The notes beneath the pieces were generated by a model that worked only from the letters and a program-made list of their open reading frames with translations, made no database searches and was not told the origin of the DNA. From the sequence record OQ708376.1: a DNA stretch of 64,000 bases. The stretch is one strand, 5' to 3'. Below, one piece after another: positions 38,723 to 48,323 of the stretch. A program made the translations under genes and the position numbers. Position 1 is the stretch's first letter, and each line of letters opens with the position of its first letter.

Positions 38723-41452
38723 ATGTCATCAAAACGAATTATAGGAAGTGCCGAGATCCTTGGGAACTTGGCAATTGGACAAAGGTACGCTATGCGTACT
38801 TTTAATGGAACCTCACCGAATGCCAATACTGGAATTGTTCAATATCCAATATATAAGCGTTCAGAAGTTCAAAGTATTTTAGATATGTTGCCTATATCAC
38901 GTGTAGGAGAAATGGATTACTTGCCATTAAACGTAAGTGGGTCGTATGAAGGTGCTACACCTATGTCAAGTGACCAAGTAGTTCAGCCAACAATTATTGA
39001 AGATGATGGAACCGCCGTTGTTCTGCGTAGCGGAACCAATGGTAGTACTAAAGGTTTTTATTATTCATTTATACGAGAACTCCGAAATATAACTATGATT
39101 TCACAAGAAAGTGTTATTTCCACCAATTCAATGTATAAACCTTCAATTATGAGTAGTACTGAAAATATTAAGTATTTTATTGGCTCTAATGGTTATGAGA
39201 TGCTTGGATGTTTAAGTACAGAAGATAATTATATTTTCACTTTAACAAATGGTACATTCAACGAAATTTCACATATTCACGCTAAAGTTCCAAGTACATC
39301 ATTTGGAAATGATATGCCATTATACGTTCATATTGTAGGTTCTAAAGTATATATTTGGTGTAAAGATAAAAGTGTTTCTAATTTAGGATTAGCACTTTCA
39401 ATTTATACAGTAGAGCTAAGTGATGTGAAAGCAAGCTCAATGGCATCATTAACAAAAGTTACTGGATTATCAGGGCAAACTGTTCGAAATACAAGTTATT
39501 CTGCATCTAATAACATAAGAGTGTTTGATAGATTATATAGTGTTGGTACTAGCTCGGATTCATTATTCGAAGTTACATCACCAGTCTCACGTGTAGAATT
39601 TTCGGATTATACAGACTTTAATATACAAGCAAACGTTAGTACTGATTTATCCAAAATACGTGTAACTTTATACCCAACACATAGAATGGTTACACCTTTA
39701 TATATTTCAACAGTGTATGGTACTGGTATCAGTTTTGTTTATAATATAAACTCAAAATCTATGTCACTAGATGGTTCTGCTCGTGCTCCTGCGACAGTTT
39801 CATATAATAATGGCTTCCAAGTTACAAACCCATTTGAAATAGATATGGTAAACTTTACTGGAACAACAGCTACCGGAGTTTTAGGTAATGCTGGTGGGTT
39901 ATGTCAAACAAAAGATGGTCTTGTATTTGCATCTAAATTCAGATGGAGTTCTACTGAATTTTATGGTTTACAAAGATATAAAGTTAATGGTACACCATTT
40001 GATTCATGGGTAGCCAGTACTAGATCCGCAAGTAACGTTATAAATACAAACGTTTTACCAGTTTTTGGTAGTGCTGTTGGTGCAAACCTATTAGGTGTAC
40101 GTTTCATCGATAATAGAAAAATATTATTAGCATGTTCTGGTACGTATGATGATGTAACATATAATTATAATAATACTGTTTTTTCTGAAATAGGCCCACA
40201 ACCAACATATCAATATAACTCAGTTCAACATAATACTACATTAAATGGTTTTGCACCACAATCTAATCGTAAACAAATAGGTGATGATTTTACATACACT
40301 GCTATGATTTCTCTTGTTGATACCGATGGTAGTGTTAGATGTTATGGAACATCATTCATTGAAGGTGTATATAAAACAAGTGGTGGATTATTAAACCCAG
40401 ATACTTTAGAATTTGATGAAACATATACAATAGAACCAACGGTATTAGAATCATTAAAACAAGATATTTTTGCTAATCTAGGAAACTCTGGCATTGTTGG
40501 TACACTATCTGGACAAATTGTATTATATTATGTACCTGATAATACTTTTTCTAAATCCATTGCAGTAGTTTCAGCATATAATCTTAACAATAACCAAGGT
40601 TATGCAATTTATGCCGAAGTTGATGTTGTATTATCTGGATCTAACATAACTTCAGCTACATTGGTAAGTACTAGATATGAGACACTTAGTTCTGTTACAG
40701 GAATTATTACTGAAGCATATATGAAACGTTGTACTGGTCTAACAGTTGCTAAATATTCAGGATTTGGTTATATTGGTGTTGATGCAGTTCATCAATTTTC
40801 ACAACCAGGTAATGCACAATTTAAGATGATGATAGCTAAAACAGTAAATGGTGTCATAACATCAAATCGTTTTTTATCATCTAGTTACATCCAACTCGGT
40901 GCAGCATATCAACATGGTGTTATTCCTGGTGTTGGTTTTGGATATTACAATTTTCAAGATTCTGACTATCAAACCAAATCTGTATTCAGCGTTTTTGGTA
41001 CAACATCTGCTGAAATGGATGGTTTAATTAGCGGAAATGGTAGCGTTAAAGAAAAGATTGTGGTAGTATCACAAGACGTTGCACAAGGATTCTCAGTGTA
41101 CTTTACACGTGAAGTTCCGGTATTTTTAGGTGGAATTTTCGACAGACTACCTATACAAAGTGTAGATTTAAGTACTGTAAAAAATAATCCAGCTAATACT
41201 ACGTTCTATTTGTATATACAAATGAACAGGAATACTAAGAAAGCTTCATATGTTATTAGTACTGAAACTATTGATGAATCTTTAACTAGCACTTACATTG
41301 GTAAGATAGTTACTGGAACTTCAGGAATTACTTCGATTGATACTGAAAAAGTGACTCGTTTTTTGACATATCGCCCAAGTACAACGAAACGTGGTTCAGC
41401 GATACCTGCCAGTACTGGTGTACCGTCTGGGTCAGGCACACGTTGGAAATAA
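38723..41452 (+). CDS. putative tail/virion protein, paralogue 3
   Basis: Start moved to ATG 38723 (MSSKRI; AAGGA upstream); LRSGTNGS and VSQDVAQGF shared with paralogue 1. Confidence 0.7.
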   Translation: MSSKRIIGSAEILGNLAIGQRYAMRTFNGTSPNANTGIVQYPIYKRSEVQSILDMLPISRVGEMDYLPLNVSGSYEGATPMSSDQVVQPTIIEDDGTAVVLRSGTNGSTKGFYYSFIRELRNITMISQESVISTNSMYKPSIMSSTENIKYFIGSNGYEMLGCLSTEDNYIFTLTNGTFNEISHIHAKVPSTSFGNDMPLYVHIVGSKVYIWCKDKSVSNLGLALSIYTVELSDVKASSMASLTKVTGLSGQTVRNTSYSASNNIRVFDRLYSVGTSSDSLFEVTSPVSRVEFSDYTDFNIQANVSTDLSKIRVTLYPTHRMVTPLYISTVYGTGISFVYNINSKSMSLDGSARAPATVSYNNGFQVTNPFEIDMVNFTGTTATGVLGNAGGLCQTKDGLVFASKFRWSSTEFYGLQRYKVNGTPFDSWVASTRSASNVINTNVLPVFGSAVGANLLGVRFIDNRKILLACSGTYDDVTYNYNNTVFSEIGPQPTYQYNSVQHNTTLNGFAPQSNRKQIGDDFTYTAMISLVDTDGSVRCYGTSFIEGVYKTSGGLLNPDTLEFDETYTIEPTVLESLKQDIFANLGNSGIVGTLSGQIVLYYVPDNTFSKSIAVVSAYNLNNNQGYAIYAEVDVVLSGSNITSATLVSTRYETLSSVTGIITEAYMKRCTGLTVAKYSGFGYIGVDAVHQFSQPGNAQFKMMIAKTVNGVITSNRFLSSSYIQLGAAYQHGVIPGVGFGYYNFQDSDYQTKSVFSVFGTTSAEMDGLISGNGSVKEKIVVVSQDVAQGFSVYFTREVPVFLGGIFDRLPIQSVDLSTVKNNPANTTFYLYIQMNRNTKKASYVISTETIDESLTSTYIGKIVTGTSGITSIDTEKVTRFLTYRPSTTKRGSAIPASTGVPSGSGTRWK

Positions 41453-41457
41453 TTTTA

Positions 41458-41486
41458 AAGCTCGTCTATTGACGGGCTTTTCTTTT
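41458..41486 (+). terminator. intrinsic terminator
   Basis: AAGCTCGTC-tatt-GACGGGCTT then T-rich run. Confidence 0.75.
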
Positions 41487-41497
41487 ATGTGTATAAT
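41469..41497 (+). promoter_or_regulatory. sigma70-type promoter overlapping the terminator
   Basis: TTGACG-N17-TATAAT with extended TG. Confidence 0.75.
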
Positions 41498-41519
41498 TGA
41501 ATAAAAATAGGAGGAAATT

Positions 41520-42086
41520 ATGGTTAAATCTTTGCTACCACCACCAAAACGTCATAAAATCAAAGAAATGAAAGAACAACGTACATTAAAGATGTACAAC
41601 AATTTAGTTCAGTTACTGTGTAAAAGTCCATCGCTCAAAGCAGAGTTTAAAACTGATGATGACCGCAAAGCACTAATTGAGATGAAGTATATGCTCAGTA
41701 AAATGTCCTTTTACAAATTTGTAAAAGAATACACAACTGACCCATTTAGTCCTCGTTGGAGATCCAAACCAAGAGAGTATTTTTACGGTGGTTCATATAC
41801 GGATCGCATTCAAGACACAGTGATGGGAGTTGAATTTGAAATCGATTATGAGCCGAATGGTGTGGAAAGCTGGCCGATTGAGAAACGTTTACCAAGTGAA
41901 GAAGAAATTTATGTTTATGCAAGAAAACTTTCAAATTTCAGTTCAAGAATTACTCTAGGCAATTTAGATTCATTTATTATTTTCTATACACGTGTTGGTG
42001 TAGATAAAATGGTAACTAAACTCAATGAACTTTCATTACAACAAAAACAGATTAATGCATACAAAGACATTACTGATTTATACTAA
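41520..42086 (+). CDS. hypothetical protein, paralogue family B
   Basis: KSPSLK...DRKALIEMKYMLSK; AGGAGG upstream. Confidence 0.75.
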   Translation: MVKSLLPPPKRHKIKEMKEQRTLKMYNNLVQLLCKSPSLKAEFKTDDDRKALIEMKYMLSKMSFYKFVKEYTTDPFSPRWRSKPREYFYGGSYTDRIQDTVMGVEFEIDYEPNGVESWPIEKRLPSEEEIYVYARKLSNFSSRITLGNLDSFIIFYTRVGVDKMVTKLNELSLQQKQINAYKDITDLY

Positions 42087-42092
42087 TGAGGA

Positions 42093-42614
42093 ATGGATAT
42101 GTTTTTTGGATCAGTTGGAAAACAAAACAGTACTTTAATTTGGCATGAAATTATCTTTAAAATTATATCTAAAAGCTACTCACTAAAGGATATTATTACC
42201 ACAGATAATGATAGACGTATCCTGTTAGATGCAAAATATAAATTGAGCAAACACCCTTTACTTTCTTTAATCATTGATTACGTTTGTGATTATGAATCTA
42301 GTCGTTGGAAGTGGGAAGACGGCGGTTTATTTCGTGGAAAAACATTCTACGGTGCGGAACGATATGTTTTCAGTGATACATCAAATGGCGTTAAGTTTGT
42401 TATTAGAAACTTTAACTCCAAAGAAAATGATTATCTTGAAAGTGGAGTGAAAGTATATATCGATAATAATAGCAATGTACTAACATATGACGAATCACTA
42501 ATTATGTTACAAATAATGCGTGGTGTTGAAGGTGTAAGAAACAACCTTACTAAATTGAAAATCCAGCAAAATGATATACATAATAGACAGAAAATTAAGG
42601 GTTTATATAAATGA
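42093..42614 (+). CDS. hypothetical protein, paralogue family B
   Basis: KSYSLK...DRRILLDAKYKLSK. Confidence 0.75.
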   Translation: MDMFFGSVGKQNSTLIWHEIIFKIISKSYSLKDIITTDNDRRILLDAKYKLSKHPLLSLIIDYVCDYESSRWKWEDGGLFRGKTFYGAERYVFSDTSNGVKFVIRNFNSKENDYLESGVKVYIDNNSNVLTYDESLIMLQIMRGVEGVRNNLTKLKIQQNDIHNRQKIKGLYK

Positions 42615-43120
42615 TTTCATTTTTCAAAAAGAAACAAAAAGTTGATGAAACCGGATTAGAATCGTTTCTATGGACTCTTATCATCAAAAAAAGTCCATTG
42701 ATAAAAGAATATGCTATCAATGATGCTAATAGAAAAACTATCATTGAATACAAATATGAATTATCTAAATGTGATCCAATTGTTTATCACTTTGCGAAGT
42801 ACTGTTCAAAAAATTTATCGGATATCACAATCTACCACGAGTCAGTCCCAATGAGTTTTCCTTATGGTGATTGGGTAGATACTTTTGATATTTTTGATGG
42901 GTCAAATGGTTTCAGTTTCTTTTACTCGTCAAATAAAGCAAGTGTTCGTATTAAAACAGACATAGGTTGGACAAAGCATAGCTCAAATAAAGAAGATTAT
43001 AATTTATTAGCTGACGTATACCGAAGTGTGAAGAATTCAAAGGATATTGATGAAAGAATTAAAAAGCAAAATCGTATATCTTTATCACTTGAAACATACA
43101 AGTCAAAGTATGGTGGTTAA
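42611..43120 (+). CDS. hypothetical protein, paralogue family B
   Basis: KSPLIK...NRKTIIEYKYELSK. Confidence 0.75.
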   Translation: MISFFKKKQKVDETGLESFLWTLIIKKSPLIKEYAINDANRKTIIEYKYELSKCDPIVYHFAKYCSKNLSDITIYHESVPMSFPYGDWVDTFDIFDGSNGFSFFYSSNKASVRIKTDIGWTKHSSNKEDYNLLADVYRSVKNSKDIDERIKKQNRISLSLETYKSKYGG

Positions 43121-43122
43121 CT

Positions 43123-43524
43123 ATGACTACAGTTGATGATATCTATAGCACTATACGCAATATGAGTACAGATAGAAAAGTATTTGGCGATAAAGAAAAA
43201 TCTAAGTGTTATGGTATTGATTCTTTTGATATAATTTCTTATGAGTACAATACAAGTGGAAATAGTTCACTGAATATCGTCTGTCCTCGTGATCCAGAAA
43301 ATAATTTTATGTATGTTGAAATTAATAATGATGGAATGTTTTTTACAAAAGTTTTAAAAGGTGGAATTAATTACGAACCTATTGAATGTATGAATGAAGA
43401 AACTTTCTTTCAAGAAGATACAATTATCAATTTAGGTTTTAGTTTTGATGATTATAAAACATTAGAACATGACTTTAATCGTTATTATAATGGTTTCTTA
43501 AAGGAGTTAACAATTTATCTATGA
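43123..43524 (+). CDS. hypothetical protein (EETFFQ-motif family)
   Basis: MNEETFFQEDT. Confidence 0.7.
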   Translation: MTTVDDIYSTIRNMSTDRKVFGDKEKSKCYGIDSFDIISYEYNTSGNSSLNIVCPRDPENNFMYVEINNDGMFFTKVLKGGINYEPIECMNEETFFQEDTIINLGFSFDDYKTLEHDFNRYYNGFLKELTIYL

Positions 43525-44753
43525 ATAACCAATATATTGAACAAACAATAGTGAAACACTTGGCTGGGTCACAAGCCTACGGAACCAGTACACCTGAAAG
43601 TGATACTGATTATCGTGGTATTTTTCTTGCTAATAAAGAATTTATTCTTACACCCTTCTATAAGGTCAAAGAGGTAGCTGATAAAAGCGAAGAAGATACT
43701 AAATTCTATGAGTTGAATCAGTATTTAAAATTATACACTGAAGCTAACCCTAATATTCTTGAATCACTTTGGGTTGAACCTGAACACATTGTTGAAAGTA
43801 CTGAAATTTATGACTATCTTCGTTCATTTAACCAAAAACTTCTTAGTTCCAAGATTGCATTTTCATACACTGGATATGCATATAATCAGATTAAGCGTAT
43901 GACAAATCATCACGGTTGGATGGATAAAGAGCGTATTGCTGAAAAACGATTAAATGAGATTTTAGAAGAACACCCAGTCGATGAGGTTCTTGCGTGGATG
44001 TATGATTCATTTCCACAATATCTTGTTGAACGTTTAGATACATCGAACTTACATCCATTTAATGCTAAAAAGATTGATTTTGAAAAATATATGCGTGATA
44101 CGTCATTGCAGTTAGTTTCGAAAAATCCATTAAAGCAATATCATTTTGTAAGATTAGTGCATAACTACACTACTGATAAAATTCTAGATCGTGATTTCAA
44201 TTTATTGAATTTTAATAATGGCTATGAACTAATTCATTACGGAGAAAACATTTTTGCGATTATTAAAAATCCGAATGAAAGTACTATCAATGGTGATGGT
44301 TCATTGCGTTATTTTTCTAAAGAGCGTAGTACTGAAGAGTTGAAAACCAAACCAGAACTGATTGTCAAATTTAACGAAAAAGAATATCAGGAAAATAGTG
44401 AGAATAGGAAAAGTTATCATAAATGGAAAGAAAATCGTAATGCCAAACGTGCTATTTTAGAATCACAGCACGGATACGATTGTAAACATGCTATGCACAC
44501 AATCCGACTTTTGAATAGTGCAGAAGAAGCATTACAAAGTGGTATTATTCAAGTTAAACGTCCTGATGCACAAATGCTGATGGATATTCGCAATGGTAAG
44601 TGGAAATATGAAGAAGTATTAGAATACTTTGATGATAAAGTAAAATATATTCGTGATGTTCTATATAAGAAATCTGTACTTCCTAAAAAACCAAACATCA
44701 AATTAGCATCAAAAATTATCATTGATATTAGAGAAATGCAATGGTATAAGTAA
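43521..44753 (+). CDS. pol-beta-superfamily nucleotidyltransferase (RlaP-like)
   Basis: GSQAYGTSTPESDTDYRGIF, ANPNILE, AF.Y.GYA..Q, C-terminal GYDCKHAMH.IRLL. Confidence 0.85.
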   Translation: MNNQYIEQTIVKHLAGSQAYGTSTPESDTDYRGIFLANKEFILTPFYKVKEVADKSEEDTKFYELNQYLKLYTEANPNILESLWVEPEHIVESTEIYDYLRSFNQKLLSSKIAFSYTGYAYNQIKRMTNHHGWMDKERIAEKRLNEILEEHPVDEVLAWMYDSFPQYLVERLDTSNLHPFNAKKIDFEKYMRDTSLQLVSKNPLKQYHFVRLVHNYTTDKILDRDFNLLNFNNGYELIHYGENIFAIIKNPNESTINGDGSLRYFSKERSTEELKTKPELIVKFNEKEYQENSENRKSYHKWKENRNAKRAILESQHGYDCKHAMHTIRLLNSAEEALQSGIIQVKRPDAQMLMDIRNGKWKYEEVLEYFDDKVKYIRDVLYKKSVLPKKPNIKLASKIIIDIREMQWYK

Positions 44754-44793
44754 CATATACAAGTGTAATGGTACTAAAAATGCCATTACACTC

Positions 44794-44801
44794 AATAAAT
44801 A
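44794..44801 (+). promoter_or_regulatory. possible late promoter
   Basis: AATAAATA upstream of the virion-type gene at 44831. Confidence 0.35.
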
Positions 44802-44830
44802 CTCAATATAAATTAACACAAGGATTAAGT

Positions 44831-45458
44831 ATGGCACAACAAATTTTCACAGATATCCACACTACCGGAGTTATTAAATTTCAAAATAATTTTTCTGGTG
44901 CTACTGGTGTAGACATTAAAAATGATGGTTTTAACATTGTCAGTACTCGGATCTATTGATGGTGAAGATAGTTCTCTTAGTGATTCTGTGATTGCATCAT
45001 TCGGAACTAATAAAAACAGTTCTTTTATTATATCTGGATGGACTGGAATGACTGATTCTGAAAATAATGTTAAGATAAAAGCTAAAGCTACTAACGAGAA
45101 TCATGAAACAGAATGGGTAACATTATATGATAGTGCAAGTAATAAGTTATATAATGTATTAAGTTCTAATAATATTTTAATTAATCCACTGTCGGGCAAT
45201 GCTGTTTTTAATATTAATTTATCTGATAGAAATACTACTATTTCGATTGGTGCGGCTCCTACTGAAGTTTATTCAATTACCATCCTATTAACACAACAAA
45301 CAGGTTCAAACCTAGTTAATTGGGGTTCTAATGTTAAATGGTCATATAACAGACCAGTTGTTCTTTCTTATGAAATTGGTGAAAAAGATATTATTTCATT
45401 AGAAACATATGATAAAGGAGTTACATGGTACGGTGCATTAATTAGAGCAGGAGTATGA
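44831..45458 (+). CDS. tail-associated protein split by a +1 frameshift (window 44913-44956)
   Basis: SD-led 42 aa ORF from 44831 overlaps an SD-less +1 frame ending in a tail-type domain (TQQTGSNLVNWGSNVKW...DIISLETYDKGVTWYG). Confidence 0.6.
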
Positions 45459-45459
45459 T

Positions 45460-48249
45460 ATGTTAAACAATAATATTGATAATATTGTACAACTTCTTTA
45501 TGGGCATCACAAATTTATTGAAAGAAATACTGGTGATACAATAGACCCAACAGTACAACATTATGTGGTGAATAATCAGGGTGTTTTGGCGAACAACCGT
45601 CATTTTATTAACTATTCTGCAATGGAAGGTCAACCAAACGGTGACGGGACAACAGAAGGTCAAAGTCTATTAATTTTGGGATACATTTATGCGTATCTGG
45701 CAACAAATGATCCAATGTTTTTAGATAAAGCCAAATGGTACTGGGATGCATATCATCAGTACTTTTATGCTGGACGTGAATTACCAGACCCACCAACTCC
45801 ACTTCAATGTAACTGGATAGTTAATGCCAAAGAACCGATTTTGGCTAACTGGCCTTTAGCTGATGATGGATGGCCTACACATGGTGGTTTCAAGGGTGTA
45901 GAATTTACATTTACAAATGGACAATGTAAAATACCACATGGTGCACCTTATTATGGTCAGTTCTTGGATAAAGTAACATTCGCATTCAAAGGTGCTTTAG
46001 CATGGAACCAAATAAATGCGTCAGTAAAAGCATTACTACCAGATGGTAGTGTTGATTGGGATACCCCTGGTGATCAATATGATGTTGACTGGATTATTGA
46101 TTTCATGGGTAGAAAAATCGACTGGGATGGTAATATTTTAGCAGAAGGTTTTGACGAATCTGAAAAAGGAACGGTTCAATTAAAAAATACAACAATTAAT
46201 GGTGTATATAAATTAAATTTTGCTAATCGTCAACCAGTAGAATATGGTGGTGTGATAATTCAACGAAATGAAATGCAACACAACCGACCACTTCATGTTC
46301 CAATTGATTTGGAATTTGCGGATAATGCATCAGATGCAGAATTGTGGTTTAGTGATGCTTCTTATTTGTTATATAAAATAACAAAAGAAAGAAAACATTA
46401 TTTGGGTTGGAAATGTTCATTACTCACATGCTATGCTTATGGTGATATCGACTCCAGAGATAAATTTTTCAGACAAAGTACAATTGTAACCACACCATTC
46501 ACTGATGGTATTTCCTATGAATATTTTTATCCAAGTGATGCTATCGCTAAGTTTGGTAGAAATTCTTTAGGATATATTACTATCAGGCAAGACCAAAGTG
46601 CACAAAGTACAATGGAACAACAAGCTATTTGGTTCAGGGTCAATGCTGATTCTAAATTACTTGTAGATTATGGTGGTGTATGTGATGATGGTAAGCCGTT
46701 ATCATTTAAACCAGTACTGGAATTGTCTAAAACAAAAAATGATCATGATGTAGTAAGATATCGTTGTGGATTACCAGAAAGTAAAGACCAAAATATCACA
46801 CATTCATTAACACCTTTAAGTGCATTTGTTAGAGAAAAGAAAGCAGATGGTTCCCCTTATATAATTGCTGATAGTAGAATAGTTGTTCCTTATGGTGCAG
46901 CTACGTCCGAAATGATATATAGTACTGATATATTAGTTACACGCCGAGATACCATTAATCAGTTAGTTTGTGGTGAAGATGATGGTGCTGTTATTGGATT
47001 TTGGCTATTAGCAACAAATAAGTCTGAAGTTAAATCTTTTACATATCGTTCATATGAAGATGATTACAATATAAGAATTGTAGATGATAATGGTTGGAGA
47101 TGGTGGTGGATGATTCCTGCAACACACGGGGAATGGACTACAATCACACTAAGTTCCGATACATTACGTTTATCTGGGTATCAGCCAAATCATCCAAGTT
47201 CTGACCCAAGACCAGATGCACCAGTATATAGTGAGCTAGAAGATATTACTATTTTACCTGATACAACCCCAGTAGATGGTGTTGCTGCAATAATTGATTG
47301 GTATTGTATTAATGACATTCCAGAATTATATACGGATGCTGACGGTGATGACTATACTATGACATTTTCAATAACAATTGCAGGTGAATCACCATATACT
47401 GCACAGTTAGGGGATTGTGTAATCAAAGATTATTTGTTAAACTCATTGCATTACACACCAGGAACAATACCATTTTCTAACATCACTGACCCGTATGCGA
47501 ACCAGTACTCAGGTTGGCGTGGTTTACCGTATCCAGGTTATCAATATCCAGTGATATATTGTTTTAAAGACCAGCCAGTAGATAACACACGCTTAGGAAA
47601 CATGTTAAGCTTTATGAAAGATTCCCAAACATGGTTTACTCAACAATTCGGTACTGTTGGTCCGTGTGCACAAGCATATGTTTGGAACCGCTGGGATAAC
47701 TTAAAATATGGTGAACCAGATACATTTACTATGCTACATTGGGGTGATCAAGCATGGAGTGGGTATGAACCACGTGCGTTCTTTGGGGCTGCCAGAGCAT
47801 GGCAAGAACTCGCAGAGAGAGGAATTGAACCACCAGCAGATCTTGTTGAATTTTGTGAGAATTGGATTCACTTTTTAATTCAATTTCAAAAAGATAATGA
47901 TGGTCGTTCACCAACAATCTTCAATAAAGATGGCACAGTTGAAGGTCCAGATTGGGACTTTACAGGTCATATGTGTGGGTTGTGGTTAGCTGGGGCTTGT
48001 GCTGCTGGATTGGCTGGATGTAAAATAGAAGGTCTAACAACACTCGCTGATAACTTAGTTCTCGAACTTCAAAAGAATTATGTTATTGTAAATCCAGGTT
48101 CCCCAATGAATGGTTCATGGAGTCCAGCAGTTAGAGAAGGTACTGATAATGGTATGTTTTTTGGTTTCTGGGCAGGTGAGATTATGCGTGGATTGGGGTT
48201 ATACTCAATGTACCGTTTAAACACACCAAATCGTTTCCGTGATTTATAA
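45460..48249 (+). CDS. large putative virion glycoside hydrolase, GH8-like catalytic motifs
   Basis: TTEGQSLLILGY and NASDAELW resemble the GH8 SEGQ and ASDAD motifs; aromatic-rich inserted beta domains. Confidence 0.6.
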   Translation: MLNNNIDNIVQLLYGHHKFIERNTGDTIDPTVQHYVVNNQGVLANNRHFINYSAMEGQPNGDGTTEGQSLLILGYIYAYLATNDPMFLDKAKWYWDAYHQYFYAGRELPDPPTPLQCNWIVNAKEPILANWPLADDGWPTHGGFKGVEFTFTNGQCKIPHGAPYYGQFLDKVTFAFKGALAWNQINASVKALLPDGSVDWDTPGDQYDVDWIIDFMGRKIDWDGNILAEGFDESEKGTVQLKNTTINGVYKLNFANRQPVEYGGVIIQRNEMQHNRPLHVPIDLEFADNASDAELWFSDASYLLYKITKERKHYLGWKCSLLTCYAYGDIDSRDKFFRQSTIVTTPFTDGISYEYFYPSDAIAKFGRNSLGYITIRQDQSAQSTMEQQAIWFRVNADSKLLVDYGGVCDDGKPLSFKPVLELSKTKNDHDVVRYRCGLPESKDQNITHSLTPLSAFVREKKADGSPYIIADSRIVVPYGAATSEMIYSTDILVTRRDTINQLVCGEDDGAVIGFWLLATNKSEVKSFTYRSYEDDYNIRIVDDNGWRWWWMIPATHGEWTTITLSSDTLRLSGYQPNHPSSDPRPDAPVYSELEDITILPDTTPVDGVAAIIDWYCINDIPELYTDADGDDYTMTFSITIAGESPYTAQLGDCVIKDYLLNSLHYTPGTIPFSNITDPYANQYSGWRGLPYPGYQYPVIYCFKDQPVDNTRLGNMLSFMKDSQTWFTQQFGTVGPCAQAYVWNRWDNLKYGEPDTFTMLHWGDQAWSGYEPRAFFGAARAWQELAERGIEPPADLVEFCENWIHFLIQFQKDNDGRSPTIFNKDGTVEGPDWDFTGHMCGLWLAGACAAGLAGCKIEGLTTLADNLVLELQKNYVIVNPGSPMNGSWSPAVREGTDNGMFFGFWAGEIMRGLGLYSMYRLNTPNRFRDL

Positions 48250-48250
48250 C

Positions 48251-48279
48251 TTGACATAGAAAAAGTAATTATGTATAAT
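48251..48279 (+). promoter_or_regulatory. consensus sigma70 promoter
   Basis: TTGACA-N17-TATAAT with extended TG. Confidence 0.85.
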
Positions 48280-48280
48280 T

Positions 48281-48310
48281 AGAGAACTTCATATGGAGTT
48301 CTCTTTTTTT
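48281..48310 (+). terminator. intrinsic terminator
   Basis: AGAGAACTT...GGAGTTCTCT then T run. Confidence 0.75.
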
Positions 48311-48323
48311 ATAAGGTGATAAA

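Noticed and set aside
35411-41452. Diversity-generating retroelement or invertible tail cassette
   Set aside because: No reverse transcriptase, no recombinase, no adenine-specific template/variable repeat pair and no flanking inverted repeats were seen.
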